A stretch of DNA of 64,000 bases from Candidatus Aldehydirespiratoraceae bacterium (GTDB lineage: Bacteria; Actinomycetota; Acidimicrobiia; Acidimicrobiales; Aldehydirespiratoraceae): contig OZ242337.1 of the NCBI GenBank assembly GCA_965208435.1, forward strand, positions 1,516,180 through 1,580,179, read 5' to 3'. Below, in pieces: positions 39,901 through 47,064 of the stretch. The translations under genes were made by a program, and so were the position numbers. Under the pieces are notes generated by a model. It worked only from the letters and a program-made list of their open reading frames with translations, was not told where the DNA came from and ran no database searches. Every line of letters starts with the position of its first letter. The stretch's first letter is position 1.

Positions 39901-41007
39901 GACGCGATGATGTCAAGCGATTCAACATTTGTTGTGACGGACAATCTGTCCGCACTGATCACCGATCTGACTGACAACGTCTTGCCGCGACTCAGCAGAC
40001 CGGATGAGTATCGAGCGCTTACGGTCTACATCAGTGAGACAGTCCTAGAAAAGCACCTGCAAGGCGCTATCGGCGAGCCATGGCGACTCATTGGTCTAAA
40101 GGGTCATCCACCAAGTCTTGACTCCCTCCGATCCACGTTGCTGGACCTGCACGCAGTAATCAACGAACTAGCGGAGGCCGATGCCGACGCAGCTCGAATC
40201 AGGAGGAGCGCCCGATCAGGGGCACCAGCACGTGCGCTGCAGCGCGCCGCAGAGACCTGCACGAAGGCCGAACGCCGCCGCAATCAAACCAGACGCACCA
40301 CTGTCCAATCGACCTTCCGAGAGACCGGTCTGGCAGCCAAGGTCCGACACATCGATCACGAAGCCGCCGGCAGGGCCCGGTACTTGGTGTCGGTTGATAT
40401 CGCTTCGCTACTCGACTGGCCGGACGCTGTCGCTAACCTTGTGGAAGCGCTCGGTACGGACCGACCAATTGGAGAGACCTGCGTCTTCGTTCCGCTGCGC
40501 GATGGCCGGCCGATTCCAAGCCTCACTATGAAGCTGATCGATAACTTGTGGCCGTTCCCCAATCCTGAGGGTCTCGACTCGCTGCCTGAGGCGCATCCCA
40601 GCACCTATGCGGACTTATTCAACCAGTGCCAGCATTCCCTACAGACACTGTCGGGCATCTCCCAGTTGCCAGATGAACAGCAGTCCCACGAGATCATCCT
40701 CGCTGTCGTTGACTCGGCCACATCGGAATTCGCGACCGCCTTTGAGCAAATCAATGATCTCCCTAGCGATCCGGTTGTCAGTGACCTTCTCGAACTTCTC
40801 ACTGGGACCACGGTTAGAGTCCAGTCGGAACTAGAGGGAACAAGCACGGAGCCGTGTTTCGCTGAGCAAATCATGACCGGGATGCTCGATGGTGGCGGAA
40901 TTCCTGAGTTAGACACGATTATCCTTGCCCGTTACCTAGCGTTGGAGTGGGACATCGACGCAAATGATGCGGTCAGATTCTACGACTCCTTGATATCCGA
41001 GAGTTAG
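36973..41007 (+). CDS. Giant defence-type protein: Cap4/DUF4297-like PD-(D/E)xK nuclease + P-loop (STAND-like) NTPase + about 800 aa helical C-terminus (Avs-like)
   Basis: GRGFHFQDEIGAWL.....LVPEGFEDSTLEG..PIHIQVKSR (nuclease), ITGPSGVGKSAVLW (Walker A), GFLVDGAG and LLLATARSED. An alternative TTG start lies at 36874. Confidence 0.65.
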   Translation: MAKKRAKRRKRGSKRRIAPVRQSIEGGLEETRPVEADKDSNVELLVSQWAESRSGARAGRGFHFQDEIGAWLAARLACGIGPACLVPEGFEDSTLEGDEPIHIQVKSRVEHLDKFPPSTASRHILDAWERHASREHRGAGLIVVLERGVTGEKDLNELDDLDTSLANRLDRGSALITDLTTRAMSRGMSERELSELLGTTVVSGASRAEVLAATVAHIRSQWNLPPSALRLVARQLCSDVADASDANATASFETRRRLDRTAVVSAIEQTVAQLDLESLEFAVRQGICETLAYPESQPSDDRYYEGTATQPSHVASNLVVPRPELVAEVLSGLDDRSAAVITGPSGVGKSAVLWTIPLALPGVLWFRVKRLSTPDVLHLIRLARAYDVAHDRPVGFLVDGAGTTEFTAWAELRSAAAALPGLLLLATARSEDLFVLGDLSTCASIDVRLDEAAAETIFAGLVRRESTDAAHWMEAFEASNGLTLEFTHLLTRGNRLDDVINEQIRRRIDEERHDELDVLALASVADRWSARLSTDALAQACGLANFQLRAALSRIAAEHLIVERDGEVGGLHRLRSVALCDAIHLLPPPQLAQTIKRVVPRVPDPQLYRFAASILVEMPEIHRIVMEAGISSGLEAERFIALGQGFRLAGFYERARKWKQIAQEQNIPVSSQPVLVLFATAGLEFPDMFPVELRTAHDAMRCAVDEGFRDTLTTAIGHAEVADLIASESSLDRATSMLEVINGSPPELTNALREALDAGTSFEVSLRSASLEDLTRCIAATRGCAPQLAAHVVDLLGGEPAVLRKIRTENPWIIELDTRSVDGESIGYCRFLHVSDSAQPDVGEEAIALGRLLLRCLPNIDGVDVQALWPGGLPMTIGNHTIGISHLKRQHDHTPADLAWNQVRLRAAQTLLGAADTTRLFQALPLLERASDLILRLGNGLVSGSVHDLEDLNAQLVELREGAHALHPPLGSALLSDAMMSSDSTFVVTDNLSALITDLTDNVLPRLSRPDEYRALTVYISETVLEKHLQGAIGEPWRLIGLKGHPPSLDSLRSTLLDLHAVINELAEADADAARIRRSARSGAPARALQRAAETCTKAERRRNQTRRTTVQSTFRETGLAAKVRHIDHEAAGRARYLVSVDIASLLDWPDAVANLVEALGTDRPIGETCVFVPLRDGRPIPSLTMKLIDNLWPFPNPEGLDSLPEAHPSTYADLFNQCQHSLQTLSGISQLPDEQQSHEIILAVVDSATSEFATAFEQINDLPSDPVVSDLLELLTGTTVRVQSELEGTSTEPCFAEQIMTGMLDGGGIPELDTIILARYLALEWDIDANDAVRFYDSLISES

Positions 41008-41125
41008 CTACCCGGCTTCTAGTCAGGACCCCACCCTTGATCTCCCTCGCGGCTTCGCGACACCGGGTTGGGAGAACACCGGGTGACGGGACTGTGAACC
41101 GTTCGAATAGGCGAATCGTTCTGTA

Positions 41126-41141
41126 TTCTTGTGTACAAGAA
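41126..41141. promoter_or_regulatory. Inverted repeat ttcttgt-gt-acaagaa plus agaacag direct repeats in an AT-rich spacer upstream of the AbiE-like operon
   Basis: Read directly. Lies 25-40 nt upstream of ATG 41166. Confidence 0.3.
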
Positions 41142-41165
41142 CAGAGAACAGATACATTCAGATCC

Positions 41166-42212
41166 ATGGCTCGACGTACCAACGCTGTCATGGGGCAGGA
41201 CGCTGTAGACGACTTGGCCGAGGTTCTAGGTCGGATAGGCGTCGTTACCGACGTCTTGTCGAGGGAGCAGTCTGCCGGGGGCACGCGTGTCGATGCCGTG
41301 GTCGAGGTTGCTGGCCGGCAATTCGATGTCGAGGTCAAGTCGGTGGTCACTGCAGCGCACGGAGCGCACTTGGCTGGAATTGTGAGGCCAGACGTGCCGC
41401 TGATAGTTGTTGCCGATCGCATCGCTGCCGATGCCAAGCTGTCACTGCGTGAGGCGGGGGTCAACTACTTCGACCGGCGCGGAGAATTGCGCGTCGTGGC
41501 CCCACCGTTGATCATCCACACGGATGTCGAAACCACCCTCCCAACGGCAGGCATTCCCTCCGGGTCACTCGACAGTCAAGTGGCCAAGGAAGTCGCAATA
41601 GCTTGCTTGTTGACGCCGGACCAGCCCCACGGTGTTCGTCAGATCGCCCGCTACATCGAACGAGCGCCCAGCGCCGTCTCCAAGGCGATGACGGGGTTAC
41701 GAGACGACGGCCTACTCACCTCCGCTGGTGAAGCGTTGGTCCCGGATCTCTTCCACGCGCTTCTGTCGGTGTGGCGACGACGGGCTGTTCTGCTGGATGC
41801 GCTCCCTGAACCTGGCGCCCGCGAGGCAAGACGTCTGGGACTTGGTCTCGACACGCCCGAAGACTCCACAGGTTGGGCACTCACCGACACCCGAGCCGCC
41901 GCGTCATGGGGCATACCGATCGTCGCAACCGGCGATTACCCTCCAGACTTCTACGTGCCCTCCAAGTCATCCCTACGTACCGCACGCTCGCACCTGGGCG
42001 AAGCAACCAGTCCCGCTTCGCGCGCCTGCACCGTGGCGGTGGCACCCGTCCGGCTCGCGTGTCTCCGGAGAGTAGACCACTCCCGCGCAACCGGGGAGAA
42101 GTGGCCGGTAGCGAACCACATCGTCGTCGCCCTCGACATCGTCCAAGACCAAGCTCGCGGACTCGAAGCACTCGAGCAGTGGAAGCCCGAAGGGATCGCT
42201 CGTGCCTGGTGA
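41166..42212 (+). CDS. Three-part protein: PD-(D/E)xK-like N-domain + wHTH + AbiEi-like C-terminal domain (putative antitoxin/regulator)
   Basis: VDAVVEV.GRQFDVEVKS (D...ExK-like), HGVRQIARYIERAPSAVSKAMTGLRDDGLL (wHTH). 11 nt overlap with the downstream NTase gene. Confidence 0.5.
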   Translation: MARRTNAVMGQDAVDDLAEVLGRIGVVTDVLSREQSAGGTRVDAVVEVAGRQFDVEVKSVVTAAHGAHLAGIVRPDVPLIVVADRIAADAKLSLREAGVNYFDRRGELRVVAPPLIIHTDVETTLPTAGIPSGSLDSQVAKEVAIACLLTPDQPHGVRQIARYIERAPSAVSKAMTGLRDDGLLTSAGEALVPDLFHALLSVWRRRAVLLDALPEPGAREARRLGLGLDTPEDSTGWALTDTRAAASWGIPIVATGDYPPDFYVPSKSSLRTARSHLGEATSPASRACTVAVAPVRLACLRRVDHSRATGEKWPVANHIVVALDIVQDQARGLEALEQWKPEGIARAW

Positions 42213-42969
42213 GTCTGTCGTCCTTGAGAGCGACCGCGCCGGCCAGATCCGATCATTCGTCGACGCGCTCAACCGCTTCCCAACCAAACCTCCCTGGGCG
42301 GTCGTCGGCGGGTTCGCCGTCTACGTGCGCATCACCGATGTCCACCGCGTCACCAACGACCTCGACACCGTGACCAGCGACCAGCCCTCGCTCGTCGAGA
42401 TCCTCGCCGCTGGACCCGGTGCCGAACGCCTCGCTGCCGCCAAGCTGCAGATCAACCAAGGCGGCGCTGCAGTCGTAGTCGACGTAATGGGCGACACGAG
42501 CGACACTCCACTGCCAACCGACCCCGGTGAGCGGGCCTTCGCCCTCGCCCGACGCATGGCGCTATCCACCAGCGAATCAACCGAACTTCTTGTATTCGAA
42601 GACGAGACCGTCGTCACTCGGACGAGCGCTCCGATCGCAACCGCATCCTCACTCATCGCTCTCAAGGCTGTCGCCATCCCCCGGCGCTCCCAAAGCAGCA
42701 ACTCCGCGAAGGTCGGCTCTGACATCCACGATCTCGTCCGTCTAGTCCACAATTCCGACTTCGACGATGCCGTCGATTCCATCAGCGGGGCCGGTGCTGA
42801 GGTTCGGGACTGGGTCGGGACGACCCTGGTCAAATGGTTCGCGCCAGACAAGGACCTCCGATACACCTCCACGAGACTCCGCCGGTTTACCTCTTCGCCC
42901 GACGCCCAAGTACTCACGGACGACGATCTTGCTATCGTCGCCGAACTCGGCCACGCGCTCCTGTCGTAG
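42202..42969 (+). CDS. Nucleotidyltransferase, AbiEii/AbiGii toxin family-like
   Basis: WAVVGGFAVYVR......VTNDLDTV (GG...D.D NTase core) and K.GSDIHDL. GTG start with gaaggg 8 nt upstream. Confidence 0.65.
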   Translation: MPGESVVLESDRAGQIRSFVDALNRFPTKPPWAVVGGFAVYVRITDVHRVTNDLDTVTSDQPSLVEILAAGPGAERLAAAKLQINQGGAAVVVDVMGDTSDTPLPTDPGERAFALARRMALSTSESTELLVFEDETVVTRTSAPIATASSLIALKAVAIPRRSQSSNSAKVGSDIHDLVRLVHNSDFDDAVDSISGAGAEVRDWVGTTLVKWFAPDKDLRYTSTRLRRFTSSPDAQVLTDDDLAIVAELGHALLS

Positions 42970-43058
42970 CAGAATCACGACTGTCTGAACTTTACTCTCC
43001 GACCGATCTGCCACGAAGCCCTAGTTTCCCTAGCGAATCAACGGGTTGGGTCACGCTC

Positions 43059-43922
43059 GTGCTTATCTTCGCGTGTGCTAGACAATACGCCGTGTTCACG
43101 TTCATCGGTCTCGACCTGGCTTGGAAGGCAAGCAACGAGAGCGGCATCTGCTGGTTTGAAGGTGAGACGTCTGAGAGCCTCACATGTGTGCGGTTCGAAG
43201 CCGCTGTGTGCGATATTGACGACCTCGCTGACGAGATCGCCCAGGTGCCCGGGACGGTGGTCGTCGCGATCGACGCTCCACTGCTCTATACCGCTGACCG
43301 AGATGTCGAGAGGAAAATTGGCCGGCAGTTTGGTCGCTACCACGCATCCGCACATTCGGCGCATGCCGCGGTGCGTCGAGGGTGGAGAGCTGGAATTGAT
43401 CTCGGTGTTGCCCTCAAGGATCGTGGCTTCACACTCGACCCGGCCGTGCTTGGGCACGAACGCGATTGCCGCGTTGCGGTTGAGGTCTACCCGCACACCA
43501 TCCACGTGCGTCTGTTCAACTTGACTGAACGTCTGCCATACAAGCAAAAGCGGAGGCGACCTGTCGCCTTCCGTAGAGGGATCTTCAACCAGTACCAGGG
43601 TCACCTGCGAGCACTGGCGGAGCGCCAGGTGCCGGGTGTGCTCGCCCATCCCGATATCCAGAACGCCCTCGCACCACAAACGGCCCAGGATGCCAAGGGC
43701 GCCGGCCTCAAGCATTTGGAGGACAAGCTCGACGGACTCACCTGCGCACTCGCTGCTTGGCTCGCATGGAGCAACCCTCTGGAATGGGAGACGATCGGCG
43801 ACATGAACGGCTACATGGTTGTACCGCACCCAGCGGCTGCGCTTCCCCCCACAGGAATCGACTCGGATACCATTCGAAACGCCGTGTCAGAAGCGAAAGA
43901 CGAACTCGAACTTGGACGATGA
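43059..43922 (+). CDS. DUF429 family protein (predicted RNase H-fold nuclease); start GTG 43059 or 43092
   Basis: FIGLDLAW, VVAIDAPL, EVYPH.. and LED..DGLTCA patterns typical of DUF429. The listed ATG 42834 would overlap the previous gene by 136 nt. Confidence 0.55.
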   Translation: MLIFACARQYAVFTFIGLDLAWKASNESGICWFEGETSESLTCVRFEAAVCDIDDLADEIAQVPGTVVVAIDAPLLYTADRDVERKIGRQFGRYHASAHSAHAAVRRGWRAGIDLGVALKDRGFTLDPAVLGHERDCRVAVEVYPHTIHVRLFNLTERLPYKQKRRRPVAFRRGIFNQYQGHLRALAERQVPGVLAHPDIQNALAPQTAQDAKGAGLKHLEDKLDGLTCALAAWLAWSNPLEWETIGDMNGYMVVPHPAAALPPTGIDSDTIRNAVSEAKDELELGR

Positions 43923-43935
43923 GCAAGGCGGAGCA

Positions 43936-45597
43936 CTAGCCCGGATTTTTCAGTAAGCCGTCGGGGGGTGGCTGTGGGGGCTGGGTCGGGCGCGGCGGCG
44001 GGTGCGGGGCGGTTGGTGGGCGTGTGGGGGCGTGTGGGGTTGTCCGATGCTGTTTGAAAAAACTTCAGGATCTGTCGCGCGAAGTCAGATGCAACACAAC
44101 GCAACCCAAGATGCAACCCAAGTGCGGTGGGGGGTGTGTTCAGATGAGTAGGGGGAGGTTGTGTACTCGTTGGAACGCGGTGATGAGGTGGGGGGTCCAT
44201 GGCCAGTCGTCGGCGAGTCTGGCGTAGCGGCGGCGGCCGGTGTATGTGAGCCGGGCTGCGGTGTGCAGCAGGCAGTAGCGCAGCCGTTTGGGTTCGGCTG
44301 TGGCGAGGTCGCCGTCGAGGGTGAGCAGGCGGGTCCATGCCAGCAGGTCGTGCGCGGTCATCGACAGTTGTATCCAGGCGGAGTTGGTCTCGAACGAGTG
44401 CGACGGGAGTTTGGCGAGCCCGGTGGCTTTGTTGTCGCGGATCTGTTGCTCGGCGCGGCCTCGGCCGCGGTGGAGTGCTTCGATGTAGGCGATGTCGGTG
44501 TCGGCCAGGTCGGTGATGAGTACTTGCAGGCGGCGCCCGCGGGTGTCGGTGAAGGTGAGTTGCGCTCCGGGGTGGGGGTCCTCGCGGCGTGCGATCATGC
44601 GGCAGTTGTCGGGGCGGCCTGACAGGTCGACGTGTTCGGTGATCTCGGTGACCTCGGCGTGGTCTCGCAGTTCCGAGCCGTCAGCCGATACCGCCGGCTG
44701 CCAGTGCTTGTCGCCGATTTCTGTTACAGCGGCTGCGATGTCGATGCTGAGCGGGTGGCTCACACAGAAGCGGACCTGACGCTCGCGGCACGCTTTGAGG
44801 AACGCCTGGGTGCATCCCGCGGAGTCGGCGCGGACGACCACCTCGACTTTGCGGGGGTCCACAGGGATCTGCTCTAAGGCGTCGTCGAGGACCTCGGTGT
44901 GGTCCGTAGCGGTGTTGGACCCGGCGTTGCCGGGGCGCAAAAGACCGGCCAGCGCCTCACCGGTCGCGTCGAGGTACGCCATCAGCGGATGGAACCCGAA
45001 GCCGCCCTTGTAGGTCCCCGCGGCGCCCTGCTTGTTGGAGTGCGAGTCCACCAGCGTGGCGTCGATGTCGATCACATAGAACCCCGGATCCGCGCCCGCG
45101 GCCCACACCGCGCGGCGCGCTGTGGCCCGCGCCGCTTTGATCTGTTCGACACGGCCCCCCGCAGCATCAAGGGTCCGCCACAGCGTCGACAGCGACGCGA
45201 CCTCCCCGAACAGCCCCCGCTGACAACCCAGCGCGGCGATATCGCTGATCGCCTCGCCACCATCAGCGATCATCACCGCCGCGTCAGCAAGCACCCGGCC
45301 CCGGTCATGGCCCCGGTCCCGCACCTTGGTCGACGCCATCACCTCAGACAACGCCGCCGTCAACCCCGTGTTGTCGGCCAGATCAGCCAGCAGCCGCGCC
45401 CCGGCATGAACAGCCAGACCCCGCCCCCCGCCAGTGAACCTCAACCGCGGCCGACCGCCATTATGCTTCACCATGCGAGTGCCCTCCTTGGTGTGACCCC
45501 AGAATCTTCTAACAAACCTGATTCTCCCACACCAGGAGGGCACCTCGCGACAACAACCACCCCCACACAAACCCCACTACTGAAAAATCCGGGCTAG
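43936..45597 (-). mobile_element. IS1380-like element, copy B, intact (1662 bp, flanked by CTAG on both sides)
   Basis: Terminal IRs cccggatttttcagta / tactgaaaaatccggg with ctag at each end. Encloses a full-length transposase gene. Confidence 0.85.
44140..45474 (-). CDS. IS1380-family DDE transposase (444 aa from MVKHNGG)
   Basis: FYVIDIDATLVDSHSNKQGAAGTYKGGFGFHPL motif. aaggaggg lies 6 nt upstream of ATG 45474. Confidence 0.85.
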   Translation of the reverse strand: MVKHNGGRPRLRFTGGGRGLAVHAGARLLADLADNTGLTAALSEVMASTKVRDRGHDRGRVLADAAVMIADGGEAISDIAALGCQRGLFGEVASLSTLWRTLDAAGGRVEQIKAARATARRAVWAAGADPGFYVIDIDATLVDSHSNKQGAAGTYKGGFGFHPLMAYLDATGEALAGLLRPGNAGSNTATDHTEVLDDALEQIPVDPRKVEVVVRADSAGCTQAFLKACRERQVRFCVSHPLSIDIAAAVTEIGDKHWQPAVSADGSELRDHAEVTEITEHVDLSGRPDNCRMIARREDPHPGAQLTFTDTRGRRLQVLITDLADTDIAYIEALHRGRGRAEQQIRDNKATGLAKLPSHSFETNSAWIQLSMTAHDLLAWTRLLTLDGDLATAEPKRLRYCLLHTAARLTYTGRRRYARLADDWPWTPHLITAFQRVHNLPLLI

Positions 45598-45665
45598 TCA
45601 TCGCAGCAGCCGTCCCACGAGCCGAGACCCCCACCTAGACATCCCAGAGTGTTGAACGTAATCGT

Positions 45666-45702
45666 CTCAAAGTGTTATATCAAACTACCTCAAAGTGTTA
45701 TA
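45666..45702. promoter_or_regulatory. Two direct copies of ctcaaagtgttata (45666-45679, 45689-45702) upstream of the AAA/DUF4143 gene
   Basis: Read directly. AT-rich stretch 38-75 nt upstream of ATG 45740. Confidence 0.3.
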
Positions 45703-45739
45703 CGCTTGTCTGGAGCCTGAACACGCAAGGAGTTTCACT

Positions 45740-47035
45740 ATGGATGAGGGGATACCACCCTTCCCCAGCTACCGGGCCAGATTGGCAGAAACTGAAGTTC
45801 AGCAAGCACTGAATCGCCGCGGCGCTGTGCTCCTTGAAGGCGTTCGCTGGTGCGGGAAGACTTCGACCGCGCTGCGGTTTGCCAACAGCGCACTGCGTCT
45901 AGACGACCCAGACGCCCGAACTCTGGCAGGAACCGACCCCACCGAGGCGCTGCGCGGGAACACCCCCCGACTCGTTGACGAATGGCAGAACGTTCCTCAA
46001 CTGTGGAACCGAATACGGCGCGAGTGTGACGAGCGAGCCACACCAGGTCAGTTCATCTTGACCGGATCAGCGTCGCCGCGTGAAGACATCACACGTCACA
46101 CGGGCACCGGTCGCATCGCTCGGGTGAAGATGCGACCCATGTCGCTGTTCGAGACTGGTGCCTCCGACGGTTCTACTTCGCTCCGCCAACTCTTTGCTGG
46201 TGACACAATCACCAAAGCTGCTCAAACCGATGTCGGGCTACGCGATATCGCATCGTGGATCTGCACCGGAGGATGGCCGGCACACATCGGCCTTGACAAA
46301 ACCACAGCACGGCGGTCGGCGCGAGACCATCTCAATGAGTCGGTGCTCGTTGATGTTGGCTCCGCCGGCGGAGTACGCCATGACCGCGACTCGCTGATGG
46401 CGCTCGCCCGATCCATCGCTCGTAATGTCGCGACCGAAGCACGCACCTCGAAACTCATAGCCGACATGGTCGGATCAGAAGCCGACTCAAACACGGGTGT
46501 CTGGCGCCAGACAGCCACCACTTACCTCGCGGCGCTACGGCGCATCTTCCTTATTGAGGACCAGCCAGCATGGCCGGGCCACCTAAGGTCCCGAGCAGCG
46601 CTTCGCAAAACTCCAAAACGTCATTTCGTGGACCCGTCGCTCGCCGCGGCTGCATTGCAAGCATCACCGGAGCAGCTCCTCACCGACACAAAGACGCTCG
46701 GGACCCTGTTTGAGTCACTTGCTGTACGCGACCTGAGGATCTACGCCCAACGAGAATTTGCTTCGGTGTACCACTACCGAGACAGCGACAACCTTGAAGT
46801 CGACGCGATCATCACACGCGACGACGGTGCCTGGCTCGCCGCAGAGGTAAAGCTCAGCCACAACAGCGACACCATCGACCAAGCAGCCAAGAACCTGCGA
46901 CGTCTACGGGACAAAGTCACCAAGCAGCGCCAGCAGGACTTAGCGGGCCTGCTCGTGATCACAGCACTCGGGCCGACTTACCGCCGACCTGACGGAGTTC
47001 AGGTAGTCCCCATCACGACTCTCGGACCCCAGTGA
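45740..47035 (+). CDS. AAA-type ATPase with DUF4143 C-terminal domain
   Basis: LLEGVRWCGKTSTA Walker A, LVDEWQ Walker B, later ..YYRDSD..EVDAI.. pattern. aaggag SD 8 nt upstream. Confidence 0.75.
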   Translation: MDEGIPPFPSYRARLAETEVQQALNRRGAVLLEGVRWCGKTSTALRFANSALRLDDPDARTLAGTDPTEALRGNTPRLVDEWQNVPQLWNRIRRECDERATPGQFILTGSASPREDITRHTGTGRIARVKMRPMSLFETGASDGSTSLRQLFAGDTITKAAQTDVGLRDIASWICTGGWPAHIGLDKTTARRSARDHLNESVLVDVGSAGGVRHDRDSLMALARSIARNVATEARTSKLIADMVGSEADSNTGVWRQTATTYLAALRRIFLIEDQPAWPGHLRSRAALRKTPKRHFVDPSLAAAALQASPEQLLTDTKTLGTLFESLAVRDLRIYAQREFASVYHYRDSDNLEVDAIITRDDGAWLAAEVKLSHNSDTIDQAAKNLRRLRDKVTKQRQQDLAGLLVITALGPTYRRPDGVQVVPITTLGPQ

Positions 47036-47064
47036 TCATTCGTAACGGGTCGATGATGCTGGAT

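Noticed and set aside
42834-43058. Listed ATG start (42834) of the DUF429 ORF, giving a 362 aa protein.
   Set aside because: It would overlap the AbiEii-like gene by 136 nt in another frame. The extra 75 residues are Arg/Pro-rich with no DUF429 similarity. GTG 43059 or 43092, just before the GLDLAW motif, is more plausible.
44140-45570. Extended N-terminus (MCGGGCCREVPSWCGRIRF...) of the IS1380-like transposase ORFs (also 36290..36784).
   Set aside because: ATG 45474 (and 36688 in copy A) is preceded by a strong aaggaggg SD. The upstream extension runs into the terminal inverted repeat.
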